A stretch of 64,000 nt of DNA from Mobula hypostoma (taxonomy: Eukaryota): the NCBI RefSeq assembly GCF_963921235.1, contig NC_086097.1, positions 27,344,001 through 27,408,000 of the forward strand, written 5' to 3'. The position numbers and the translations under genes are program-made. Position 1 is the first letter of the stretch; each line of letters starts with the position of its first letter. Under the pieces are notes generated by a model that was not told the origin of the DNA, did not search any database, and was given only the letters and a program-made list of their open reading frames with translations. Shown one piece after another: positions 22,857 through 33,905 of the stretch.

Positions 22857-24732
22857 GGGAGGCTAAAGACAGGTACAGAATGAAGCTTGAGTGGAAACTC
22901 TAGCAGAACAACATGAGAGAGGTCTGGAGGGGGATGAGGACCATCACTGGGTTCCGGCAAACTAGCAACAGAGGAGCTGAAGGCAGTGTGGACTGGGCCA
23001 ATGAACTTAACCTGTTCTTTAACAGATTTGACATTGTGACCCCTGCCCATCCCCCACATAAGTCATCTGTTGTCGGCCCCCAACCAACACATATTCCACT
23101 CTCCCCTCCTACCCCTCCTCACAGTCCCCCACCCTGCCCTTCCCCACACGAAACCACCACAGTGGGCTTCACAGCTGAACAGGTAAGAAGACAGCTGAAA
23201 CGTCTCAACCCAAGCAAGGCTGCAGGACCGGATGGTGTCAGTACCAGGGTGCTCAAAGCCTGTGCCCCTCAGCTATGTGGAATACTTCTCCATGTATTCA
23301 ACCTGAGCCTGAGGCTCCGGAGGGTTCCTGTACTATGGAAGACGTCTTGCCTCGTCCCTGTGCCAAAGACGCAACGCCCCAGCGGCCTCAATGACTACAG
23401 ACTGGTGGCATTGACCTCCCACATCATGAAGACCCTGGAGAGACCTGTTCTGGAGCTGCTCTGGCCTATGGTCAGGCCACACTTAGATCCCCTCCAGTTC
23501 GCCTACCAGCCCCGACTAGGAGTTGAGGATGCCATCGTCTACCTGCTGAACTGTGTCTACGCCCACCTGGACAAGCCAGTGAGCACTGTGAGGGTCATGT
23601 TTTTTGACTTCTCCAGTGCGTTCAACAGCATCCGCCCTGCTCTGCTGGGGGAGAAGCTGACAGCGATGCAGGTGGATGCTTTCCTGGTGTCATGGATTCT
23701 TGATTACCTGACTGGCAGACCACAGTACGTGTGCTTGCAACACTGTGTGTCCGACAGAGTGATCAGCAGCACTGGGGCTCCACAGGGGACTGTCTTGTCT
23801 CTCTTTCTCTTCACCATTTACACCTCGGACTTCAACTACTGCACAGAGTCTTGTCATCTTCAGAAATTTTCGGATGACTCTGCCATAGTTGGATGCATCA
23901 GCAAGGGAGATGAAGTTGAGTACAGGGCTACGGTAGGAAACTTTGTCACATGGTGTGAGCAGAATTATCTGCAGCTTAATGTGAAAAAGACTAAGGAGCA
24001 GGTGGTAGACCTGAGGAGAGCTAAGGTACCGGTGACCCCTGTTTCCAACCAGGGGGTCAGTGTGGACATGGTGGAGGATTACAAATACCTGGGGATACGA
24101 ATTGACAATAAACTGGACTGGTCAAAGAACACTGAGGCTGTCTACAAGAAGGGTCACAGCCGTCTCTATTTCCTGAGGAGACTGAGGTCCTTTAACATCT
24201 GCCGGATGATGCTGAGGATGTTCTACGAATCTGTGGTGGCCCGTGCTATCATGTTTGCTGTTGTGTGCTGGGGCAGCAGGCTGAGGGTAGCAGACACCAA
24301 CAGAATCAACAAACTCATTAGTAAGGCCAGTGATGTTGTGGGAATGGAACTGGACTCTCTGACGGTGGTGTCTGAAAAGAGAATGCTGTCTAAGTTGCAT
24401 GCCATCTTGGACAATGTCTCCCATCCCCTACATAATGTACTGGGTGGGCACAGGAGTACATTCAGCCAGAGACTCATTCCACCGAGATGCAACACAGAGC
24501 GTCATAGGAAGTCATTCCTGCCTGTGGCCATCAAACTTTACAACTCCTTCCTTGGAGGGTCAGACACCCTGAGCCAATTGGCTGGTCCTGGACTTATTTC
24601 CTGCATAAATAATTTACATATTATTATTTAACTATTTATGGTTTTTATTACCATTTATTATTTATGGTGCAACTGTAATGAAAACCAATTTTCCCTGGGA
24701 TCAATAAAGGGTATGACTATGACTATGACTAT
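22857..24732 (+). mobile_element. Young 5'-truncated Rex1/Babar-type LINE inserted into a CR1 3' fragment
   Basis: Carries the 572-aa RT ORF, AATAAA at 24703-24708 and a (TATGAC)n tail. The host CR1 breaks at gagtcagggca (22856) and resumes atggggagaagg (24733). Confidence 0.9.
22913..24631 (+). CDS. Reverse transcriptase ORF of a Rex1/Babar-type LINE (endonuclease lost by 5' truncation)
   Basis: KAAGPDG, DYRLVALTS, QFAYQP, FFDFSSAFN, GAPQGTVLS, KFSDD, LQLNVKKTKE and YKYLG motifs. There is an in-frame TAG just upstream of the Met. Confidence 0.85.
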   Translation: MREVWRGMRTITGFRQTSNRGAEGSVDWANELNLFFNRFDIVTPAHPPHKSSVVGPQPTHIPLSPPTPPHSPPPCPSPHETTTVGFTAEQVRRQLKRLNPSKAAGPDGVSTRVLKACAPQLCGILLHVFNLSLRLRRVPVLWKTSCLVPVPKTQRPSGLNDYRLVALTSHIMKTLERPVLELLWPMVRPHLDPLQFAYQPRLGVEDAIVYLLNCVYAHLDKPVSTVRVMFFDFSSAFNSIRPALLGEKLTAMQVDAFLVSWILDYLTGRPQYVCLQHCVSDRVISSTGAPQGTVLSLFLFTIYTSDFNYCTESCHLQKFSDDSAIVGCISKGDEVEYRATVGNFVTWCEQNYLQLNVKKTKEQVVDLRRAKVPVTPVSNQGVSVDMVEDYKYLGIRIDNKLDWSKNTEAVYKKGHSRLYFLRRLRSFNICRMMLRMFYESVVARAIMFAVVCWGSRLRVADTNRINKLISKASDVVGMELDSLTVVSEKRMLSKLHAILDNVSHPLHNVLGGHRSTFSQRLIPPRCNTERHRKSFLPVAIKLYNSFLGGSDTLSQLAGPGLISCINNLHIII

Positions 24733-25324
24733 ATGGGGAGAAGGCATGAGATTGGGACTGAGAGGAAAATGGATCAGCAATAATGAAATGGTGGAGCAGA
24801 CTCAAAGAGCCAAATAGCTTAATTCTGCTCCTATATCTTATGGTCTTATGACTTACCCAAGATCCTTTTCTTTATCAGTGCTCTTAAGGACCTGTCATTT
24901 ACCAGTTATCTGAACTGATCACAATTCATGAGGACGGGCCTAGGGCTGGGGAATAGCATGGCCTTCATTAGAATTGGACAAGAATCAGAGATGAGGTTCA
25001 TACAACTTAATAGAATGGACAAGGCAATAGCTGGTAGTGAAATAATGATCTGGTATGCCAGTATGGAACAGAGTATGCAGATACAAGATAATACTATACT
25101 TTCAACTAGAGCTAAAATTGAGTAAATGGTAAAAACTAAAAACTGAACAAAATATCCAAAACTGGATATTAATTAATGAAACAAATAGAAATAAATAGAT
25201 ATAGTCTAACAGCCGTTACAGGGCTGTGGTTACAAGGTGACAAAGGTTGGGAATTAAATATTCCACAATACTTTAATAGAGATAGATAAAAATGAAAATA
25301 AAAGTAGAACAGTACAGATAGAAA

Positions 25325-26250
25325 CAGATCAGCAAATATGTGGATGATACCAAGACTTGGGGGTGGGGGGTGTAGGGTGTAGTGGACAGCAAGGAAGACT
25401 ATCAAAGCTAGCAGCGGGATCTGGACCAAATGGAAAAATGCGCTGAAAAATGGCAGATGGAATTTAATGCAGACAAGTGTGAGGTGTTGCACTTTGGGAG
25501 AACCAATTAGGGTAGGTCTTACACAGTGAATGGTAGGGCACTGAGGAATGAGGTAGAACAAAGGGATCTGGAAATACAGGTCCGTAATTCAATGAATGTT
25601 GTGTCACAAGTAGATAGGGTTGTTAAGAAAGCTTTTTCTATATTGGCCTTTGCAGATCTAAGTATTGAGTACAGGAGTTGGGATGTTATGTTAAGTTATA
25701 TAGAACTTTGGTGAGGCCTAATTTGGAGTATTGTGTGCAGTTTTACCTATGGTAAGGATGTAAACAAGATTGAAAGAGGGCAGAGAAAATTTACAAGGAT
25801 GTTGCTGCGACTGGAGGACCTGAGTTATAAGGAAAGATTGAATAGTTCAGGGCGTTATTCCCTATAATGTAGAAGATTGAGGTGAGATTTTATAGAGGTA
25901 TACAAAATTATGAGGGCTATAGACAGGGTAAATGCAAGCAGGCATTTTCCATTGAGGTTGTGTGAGACTGCAACCAGAGGTCATGGGTTAAGGGTGTAAG
26001 GTGAAATGTTTAAGGGAAACATGAGGGTAAATTTCTTCACTCATAGAGCGGTGAGAGTGTGGAATGAGCTGCCAGCGCAAGTGGTGGATGCGATTTTGAT
26101 TTCAACATTCAGAGAAGTTTGGATAGGTACATGGATGGAAGGGGTATGGTGGGCTATGATCCAGGTGCAGATCGATGGGATCAGTTTAAGTGATTTGGCA
26201 CCAACTTGATGGGCTGAAGGGCCTGTTTCTGAGCTGTAGTTTTCTATGAC
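25325..26250 (+). mobile_element. Degenerate CR1 RT C-terminus and 3' UTR
   Basis: ISKYVDDTK..KWQMEFNADKCEVLHFG..LEYCVQF..FFTHRAVRVWNELP; tail ttctatgact. Confidence 0.9.
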
Positions 26251-26259
26251 TTTATGAGT

Positions 26260-28150
26260 CTACAGTACACAAACAGGCCCTTCAGCCCACAATGTCTGTG
26301 CCAAACACAGTGTGGATTTAAACTAAATCTCTTTTGCCTGTACACTATCTATATACAGAATCTCTGTTCTCTGCATATTGATGTCTCTATCTTAAAGCCT
26401 TTTAACACCTCCATCATATTTGTCTCCATTATCAGACCTGGCAGTGCATTCCACACACCCACTACTCTCTATATAAAAAAATTAACTCACACAACTCTTT
26501 TGAACTTACCCTTTCTCACCTTAAATGTATGTCCTACAGCATTAAACCTTTCAGTCTTGGGGGAAGAGCTACTGGCTATCTAAGTTTGCAGATGGCATGA
26601 AGATTGGTGTTGTTGTGGTTAGAGTAGAAGGTTGTCATAGATTACAATGGGACATTAATAGGATACAGAACTTGGCTGAGAAGAGGCAGACAGTTTAATC
26701 TGGAAAAGTGTGAGTGATTCACTTTGGAAGGTTGAACTCGGAAAGCAGAATACAGGATTTTTAGCATTGTGGAGGAATAGAGGAATCTTGTGATCCACAT
26801 CTATAGATCCCTCAAAGTTGCTGTTGAAGTTGATAGGGTGGTTAAGAAAGTGAATGGTGTGCTAGTGCAGGGATTTAGTCCAAGAGCGGTGAGGTAATAT
26901 TGCAGTTCTATAAAACTATTCTAGACCACACTCGGAGTATTGTGTTGAGTTCTGGATGCCTCATTACAGGAAGTATGTGGAATTCTAGAGAGGGTGCAGA
27001 CGAGCTTTACCAGAATGCTGCCTGGATTAGAGAGCATGTCTTATGAGCACAGGTTGAATGAGCTATGACTTTTCTCTTTGGAGTGAAGGAAGATGAGAGA
27101 TGACTTGACAGAGGTATATGATAAGAAGCATAGAAACAGTGGACAGCCAGAGACTTTTAAGCAGGGCAGAGACGGCTAATATGAGGGAACATAATTTGAA
27201 GGTGTTTGGAGGAAAGTACAGGGAGAATGTCAGAAGTAGGTTTATTACACAGAGTGGTCGATCTATGGAATACACTGCCAGGGATGGAGGTAGAAGCCAA
27301 TACATTAGGGACATTTAAGAGACTCTTAAGTAGGCACATGGATGAAATAAAATTGGAGGGCTTATCCCTGAGAGAGAAAGGATAAGATGAGCTACACAAG
27401 GAAAAATTGAAAGACTGGCCCAGGAGAGAGGACTCTGGTGAGCTGCTGTTGATGGCCCATGCCCTGGCAGGGGTGCTGGACTTAAGTAAGTAAGTGAGAA
27501 ACAGCAAGGAGTAGAAAGCACTAATGGGAGTCTGCCCTATGGGCCTCCCAATAGCAGTGATAATGTATGTCACAATGGTAAACAGTAATCACAGGGACTT
27601 TAATTGTTCACCAGCAACTTTTAAATGTGTTGCTTGAAATTCCAGCATCTGCAGATTTCCTCGTGTTTGCGTTTTTAATCTATACACAGAGCTTTTCAGC
27701 ATGGAAACAGGAAGTTCAGCTCAATTAGTCCATGGCTACCAAGATGCTTCATTCAAGCTAGTCACAATTGCTAGAGTTTGGCCCATATCCTTTGAAGCCT
27801 CTCCTATCTATATATCTAGCCAATGGCCGGCTGTTATTGTACCTACCTCAATTGCATTCTTTGGTAACTCATTCCACATACGTACCACAATTTGTAAAAA
27901 CAAAAGTTGCCTCTCATGATTTTATACAACTCTATAAGATCACTCCCAGTCTCCTATTGCTCCAAGGAATAAAGTCTTAGCCTGTCCAACCTCTTACTAT
28001 AACTCAGTCCCTCAAATCATAGCAACATCCTTGTAAATCTTTTCGACATTCTTTTAAGTTTAATACTGTCTTTCCTATAGCAGGGCAACCAAAAGTGAAT
28101 GTGATAATTAATGCAAGTACAGCTTCACTAGTGTCCTGTATGACCACACC
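26260..28150. mobile_element. Cluster of CR1 fragments: 26260-26580 (-), 26580-27360 (+), 27700-28150 (-)
   Basis: KFADG..LERVQTSFTRMLPGL..VDSQRL on +; CR1 3' UTRs on -. Confidence 0.75.
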
Positions 28151-29355
28151 ATGACTGTTAGGACGGGTCTTTTTCTGGCAAAGATATACTTGCTAAGTGG
28201 GAAGGTTTCAAAAGTGAAATTTTGAGAGTAACAAAGCGTGCATGTGCCTGTCAGAATAAAAGGTATAACAAGTGTATGGGACCTTGATTTTCAAGAGATA
28301 TTGAGGCCATAGTTAAGAAAAACAAGGAGATGCATAGCAGGTATAGGAAGGTAGGAACATATGAGGTGCTTACAGTATATAAGAAATGTAAGAGAACACT
28401 TACGAAAGAAATCAAGAGGGCTAAAGAAAGGCATGAAGTTGTCCTAACAGACAAGGTGGAGAAAAATCCTAAGGAATTCTACAGGTATGTTTAGAGTAAA
28501 AGGATTGCAAATTGGTTCTCTGGAAGATCAGAATGGTATTCCATGTGGGGAGCCAAAAGAGATGGGGAAGATCTTAAGTGATTTGTTTGCATCTTTATTT
28601 AACGAGGAGACTAATCAGTGTTCTACATTTCTACATAGAAGTAAGACAAAGCAGCATCAATTTCATGTACCCTATACAGACAGACTGCAGAGGAGGAGGT
28701 GTTTGCTATCCTGAGGAAAATTAGGGTGGATAAATCCCCCGGGCCTGACAAGGTATCACCTCGAATCCTGTGGGAAGCAAAGATATTTAAATCATTCTTA
28801 ACAACAGGTGAAATACCAGAGGACTGGAGGATACCCAATGTTGTTCTGCTGTTTAAGAGAGGCTCTAAAAATAAATCAGGAAATTATAGACCAGTGAGCC
28901 TGACATCGGTATTGGGAAAGTTATTGGAAGGTATTCTAAGGGTTTGATGTACAAGTAATTGGATAGATATGGACTGATTAAGGATAGTTGGCATAGCTTC
29001 ATGTGTAGAAGGTCATATCTAACCAATTTATAGAGTTTTTTGAGGAAGTTACTAGGAAAGTTGATAAAGGCAAGGCAGTGGATGTTGTCTACATGGACTT
29101 TAGCAAGGCATTTGACAAGGCAAGGCATGGGAGCTTAATCAAGAAGGTTCAGTTGCACAGAATTCAAGATGGAGTAGCAAATTGGATTAGACATTGGCAT
29201 TGTGGGAGAAGCCAGAGAGTGGTAGTAGATAGTTGGCTCTCTGACTGCAGCCCTGTGACTAATGGAATGCCACAGGGATCGGTGCTGGGTCCATTGTTGT
29301 TTGTCATCTGTATCAATGATCTGGATGATAATGTGGTAAACTGGATAAGTAAATA

Positions 29356-31126
29356 TAGAAACATAGAAAATAGGTGCAGGAGTAGGCCATTCGGCCCTTC
29401 GAGCCTGCACCGTCATTTATTATGATCATGGCTGATCATCCAACTCAGAACCCCGCCCCAGCCTTCCCTCCATACCCCCTGATCCCCGTAGCCACAAGGG
29501 CCATATCTAACTCCCTCTTAAATATAGCCAATGAACTGGCCTCAACTGCTTCCTGTGGCAGAGAATTCCACAGATTCAGCACTCTCTGTGTGAAGAAGTT
29601 TTTCCTAATCTCGGTCCTAAAAGGCTTCCCCTTTATCCTCAAACTGTGACCCCTTGTTCTGGACTTCCCCAACATCGGGAACAATCTTCCTGCATCTAGC
29701 CTGTCCAATCCCTTTAGAATTTTATACGTTTCAATCAGATCCTCCCTCAATCTTCTAAATTCCAACGAGTACAAGCCCAGTTCATCCAGTCTTTCTTCAT
29801 ATGAAAGTCCTGCCATCCCAGGAATCAATCTGGTGAACCTTCTTTGTACTCCCTCTATGGCAAGGATGTCTTTCCTCAGATTAGGGGACCAAAACTGCAC
29901 ACAATACTCCAGGTGTGGTCTCACCAAGGCCTTGTACAACTGCAGTAGTACCTCCCTGCTCCTGTACTCGAATCCTCTCGCTATAAATGCCAGCATACCA
30001 TTCGCCTTTTTCACCGCCTGCTGTACCTGCATGCCCACTTTCAATGACTGGTGTATAATGACACCCAGGTCTCGTTGCACCTCCCCTTTTCCTAATCGGC
30101 CACCATTCAGATAATAATCTGTTTTCCTATTTTTGCCACCAAAGTGGATAACTTCACATTTGTCCACATTAAATTGCATCTGCCATGAATTTGCCCACTC
30201 ACCCAACCTATCCAAGTCACCCTGCATCCTCTTAGCATCCTCCTCACAGCTAACACTGCCACCCAGCTTCGTGTCATCCACAAACTTGGAGATGCTGCAT
30301 TTAATTCCCTCATCCAAGTCATTAATATATATTGTAAACAACTGGGGTCCCAGCACTGAACCTTGTGGTACCCCACTAGTCACCGCCTGCCATTCTGAAA
30401 AGGTCCCGTTTATTCCCACTCTTTGCTTCCTGTCTGCTAACCAATTCTCCATCCAAATCAATACCTTACCCCCAATACCGTGTGCTTTAAGTTTGCACAC
30501 TAATCTCCTGTGTGGGACCTTGTCAAAAGCCTTTTGAAAATCCAAATATACCACATCCACTGGTTCTCCCCTATCCACTCTACTAGTTACATCCTCAAAA
30601 AATTCTATGAGATTCGTCAGACATGATTTTCCTTTCACAAATCCATGCTGACTTTGTCCGATGATTTCACCGCTTTCCAAATGTGCTGTTATCACATCTT
30701 TGATAACTGACTCCAGCAGTTTTCCCACCACCGACGTTAGGCTAACCGGTCTATAATTCCCCGGTTTCTCTCTCCCTCCTTTTTTAAAAAGTGGGGTTAC
30801 ATTAGCCACCCTCCAATCCTCAGGAACTAGTCCAGAATCTAAAGAGTTTTGAAAAATTATCACTAATGCATCCACTATTTCTTGGGCTACTTCCTTAAGC
30901 ACTCTAGGATGCAGACCATCCGGCCCTGGGGATTTATCTGCCTTCAATCCCTTCAATTTACCTAACACCACTTCCCTACTAACATGTATTTCGCTCAGTT
31001 CCTCCATCTCACTGGACCCTCTGTCCCCTACTATTTCTGGAAGATTATTTATGTCCTCCTTAGTGAAGACAGAACCAAAGTAATTATTCAATTGTTCTGC
31101 CATGTCCTTGCTCCCCATAATCAATT
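29356..31126 (-). mobile_element. Young 5'-truncated CR1 LINE
   Basis: Unbroken 559-aa ORF, 3' UTR hairpin ggtgcagg..cctgcacc and octamer-like (CTATGTTT) tail. Confidence 0.95.
29445..31124 (-). CDS. CR1 ORF2 reverse transcriptase region (5'-truncated, no APE)
   Basis: [68 protein letters not shown] and FFTQRVLNLWNSLP, with no stops. Confidence 0.92.
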   Translation of the reverse strand: MIMGSKDMAEQLNNYFGSVFTKEDINNLPEIVGDRGSSEMEELSEIHVSREVVLGKLKGLKADKSPGPDGLHPRVLKEVAQEIVDALVIIFQNSLDSGLVPEDWRVANVTPLFKKGGREKPGNYRPVSLTSVVGKLLESVIKDVITAHLESGEIIGQSQHGFVKGKSCLTNLIEFFEDVTSRVDRGEPVDVVYLDFQKAFDKVPHRRLVCKLKAHGIGGKVLIWMENWLADRKQRVGINGTFSEWQAVTSGVPQGSVLGPQLFTIYINDLDEGIKCSISKFVDDTKLGGSVSCEEDAKRMQGDLDRLGEWANSWQMQFNVDKCEVIHFGGKNRKTDYYLNGGRLGKGEVQRDLGVIIHQSLKVGMQVQQAVKKANGMLAFIARGFEYRSREVLLQLYKALVRPHLEYCVQFWSPNLRKDILAIEGVQRRFTRLIPGMAGLSYEERLDELGLYSLEFRRLREDLIETYKILKGLDRLDAGRLFPMLGKSRTRGHSLRIKGKPFRTEIRKNFFTQRVLNLWNSLPQEAVEASSLAIFKRELDMALVATGIRGYGGKAGAGF

Positions 31127-32351
31127 CTTATTTAGATGTAAATACGGTTGAAAGAATACACAGAAAATTTAACAGGATGTTGCCAGATCTGGAGGACCTG
31201 AGTTATAAGGAAAGACTGAATAGGTTAGGACTTTATTCCTCGGAATGTACGAGATTGAGAGACTTGATAGAGGTATACACAATTATGAGGGGCATGGATA
31301 GGGTAAATGCAAGAAGGCTTATCCCACTGAGGTTGGTGGGACTACAACCAGAGGTCATGGATTAAGGGTGAAAGGTTAAATGTTTAAGGGAAACATGAGG
31401 GGAAACTTCTTCACTCAGAGTGTCATGAGAGTGTGGAACGAGCTGCCAGCACAAATGGTACATGCGACTTCAATTTCAACATTTAAGATAGGTTAGAATA
31501 GGCACATGGATGGTAGGGGTATGGAGGGCTACAGTCCTGGTGCAGGTTGATGGGAACAGGCAGTTTAAATGGTCCGGCATACAGTATTTGGGCCAAAGGG
31601 CCTGTTTCTGCGCTGTATTTTTCTATGCCTCTATGACCTCCCAAATTTTATATTCATTGCCCTAAGTGATAAAGGCATTGTATCATCTGCGAAATTCTTT
31701 GCCACAGGCAGCTGTGGAGGGCAAGTCTTATGGTAGAGGTTGATAGATTCTTGATCGGTCAAGGCATGAAGGGATACCGGGAGAAGGCAGGAGACTGGGG
31801 CTGAGAGGAAAATTGGATCAGCCATGATGAAACGGCAGAACAGACTCAATGAGCCAAAAGGCCTAATTCTGCTAATATACAGTATCTTAAAATCTTATGG
31901 TCTCAAAAGCCTTCTTCACTATCCTCTCTACCTGTGATTCCACTTTCTGGGAACCATGTCCAATGTCCCTCTGTTCTATAACATTTCCAAGGGCCCTGCC
32001 GTTCACTGTGAAAGTCCAAAATGCAATTTATCTGAATTGAACTCAATTGCCATTCCCAGGCCCACTTACTCAGTTGATCAAAATCACCCTGTAATTGTTG
32101 ATAACCTTCATTATTGTCCCCTACACCACCTATTTCACATATAGACCGAATAAACTTAAGTAGCAATCATAAAGTGGAGGGTGAATTCATAAACTGTATA
32201 CAAAGTAATTTTCTTACTCTGTTTGTTTGGAAATTAACAAGAGAAAAGACTATTTTATATCATGCATTGTGTAATCACAGATGATTACTTAATCATTTTG
32301 AAATTAAGTGATCTTTGGGGAAGGGTGATCGTAACATAGAACATGAAACAT

Positions 32352-32671
32352 GGGCCAGCTGGTGGCACAACGACATTGGCGCTGGACCCGGGAGCGGAGG
32401 TTCCTGAGATCGAAACTAGTCGGGTCCACCCCGAGTACGTTTTCCTTCCGTACCGGGTTAGTGTTGAGATCACAACTCGACCTCGTAAAACAAAGGGAAA
32501 ATACTGCAAAAAATGTCTGTGTGAGGAGTGGTCACACAGTCTCTCTCTCTCTCTTTCTTGCCCCGCGCCTTGTAAAAAAGCCATGAAAAATCCATCATCA
32601 CGGATGCACGCATGGACACGCAGACGCACATGCGCAGACTCGCACGCACGCAGGCACACGCCAAAAAAAAA
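32352..32671 (+). mobile_element. CpG-rich tRNA-headed SINE with (GCAC)n-like tail, poly(A) and 14-bp TSD
   Basis: A-box TGGCACAACG (32363), B-box GATCGAAAC (32408) and a ~10-nt A run. Flanks are AGAACATGAAACAT (32338-32351) and AGAACAAGAAACAT (32672-32685). Confidence 0.8.
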
Positions 32672-32831
32672 AGAACAAGAAACATAAACATAATACATAA
32701 TACACTGTAGCACATAACAGGCCCCTTGGCCCATGATGTTGTACCAAACTTATAACCTACTCTAAGATTATTCCAACCATTCCTCCTACAGAGCTCTCTA
32801 TTTTTCTATTATCCATGTGTGTTTCTCAAGA

Positions 32832-33189
32832 GGACCTCAACCTTGTCATGGTTTAGAGGCCTGCATGCCCCAATGACCCAGAGAGATATGTTGGCTGGAG
32901 TCAGGGCTTTATGTTTTGGCCCATGCCAAACAGGCCAGACTAAGAGTGGTCCACCAGACCTCTGGGTTTGGAGGTTCAGCTCAGGGCTAACAACCCTGAC
33001 TGGTAAAACAAAATTGGTACAGAAACAGCAATGAAGGATCTTCTACACCTGAGTGTGATGGTTTTCCTGAGTCTCCACCTGGAACTTGCATGACAGCTAG
33101 TAAAAATCGAGCAAAGGCTACTGACATGATGAAGTAAGCCCTGAACACCATCAGAGATGGAAGAGGCTTAGCGAGCAGTAAGTAAGTAT
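32832..33189 (+). mobile_element. Non-autonomous RTE-derived element (RTE 5' UTR-like head, (TAAG)n tail), nested in an antisense CR1 3' end
   Basis: accttgtcatggtttagaggcctgcatgccccaatga resembles BovB/RTE 5' ends; internal gggctaacaaccctgactggtaaaa; ends gtaagtaagta. Confidence 0.65.
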
Positions 33190-33411
33190 ATGAATTTCTT
33201 AAATGTCCCTAATGCATTTGCCTCTACCATCACCCCAGGCAGGGCGTTCCACACACCAACCACTCCCTGTATACTCTAACATTCCCCCTATCACCTTAAA
33301 ATTATGCCCCCTCACATTAGCCATTTCCACCCTGGGAGAAAGTCTCTAGATATCTACTCAATGTATGCCTTTCATCATCTTGTACAACTCTCATCCTCCT
33401 AATATTGCAGA

Positions 33412-33905
33412 CTATAAGACCACAAGATATAGGAGCAGAATTAGGCCATTTGGCCCATTGAGTCTGCTCTGCCATTTCGTCGTGCTTGATCCCGTTTTTC
33501 CTCTTAGCCTCAATCTACTGCCTTCTCCCGTATCCCTTCATGTCCCGATGAATCAAGAATCTATCAACCTCTGCCTTAAATATAAATAATGACTTTGCAT
33601 CCACAGCTACCTGTGCAAAAAATTCCACAGGTTCACCACTCTCGGACTAAATAAAGTCCTCCTTATCTCCATTCTAAAAGGACGCCCCTCCATTTTGAGG
33701 CTGTGTCCTCGGGTCTCAGATGCTCCCACCACAGGAAACATACTTTCCACATTTACTCTATCAAAGCCTTTCACCATTCAATAGGTTTCAATTAAGTCAC
33801 GCCCAATTCTTCTAAATTCCAGTGAGTTCAGGCCCAGAGCCACCAAACACTTTTCATATGACAAGCCGTTTAATGCTGGAATCATTTTTGTGAACCTCCT
33901 TTGAA
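33412..33905 (-). mobile_element. CR1 3' region
   Basis: ataagaccacaagatataggagcagaattaggcc tail and antisense RT C-terminus. Confidence 0.8.

Larger units (their letters stand above)
28160..31630 (+). mobile_element. Older CR1 (28160-29354 and ~31133-31630) split by a younger antisense CR1
   Basis: [60 protein letters not shown] | DVNTVERIHRKF..3' UTR. Confidence 0.9.

Noticed and set aside
29833..30537. Antisense ORFs overlapping CR1 RT (also 24122-24495, 59368-60799 and others)
   Set aside because: These are shadow ORFs on the opposite strand of LINE coding sequence, with no independent evidence.
32352..32430. Functional tRNA gene
   Set aside because: A and B boxes are present, but there is no complete cloverleaf or oligo-T terminator directly after the head. 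It is a SINE head.
32285..32734. Overlapping 78-149-aa ORFs on both strands
   Set aside because: They result from the GC-rich, stop-poor SINE and its microsatellites. The TSD and Pol III boxes explain the region.
32832..32900. HDV-like ribozyme at the RTE-like 5' end (acc-ttgtcat-ggt resembles P3/L3)
   Set aside because: I could not assign P1, P2 and P1.1 for a nested double pseudoknot; a simple hairpin explains the pairing. A structure-descriptor search on the family consensus would decide it.
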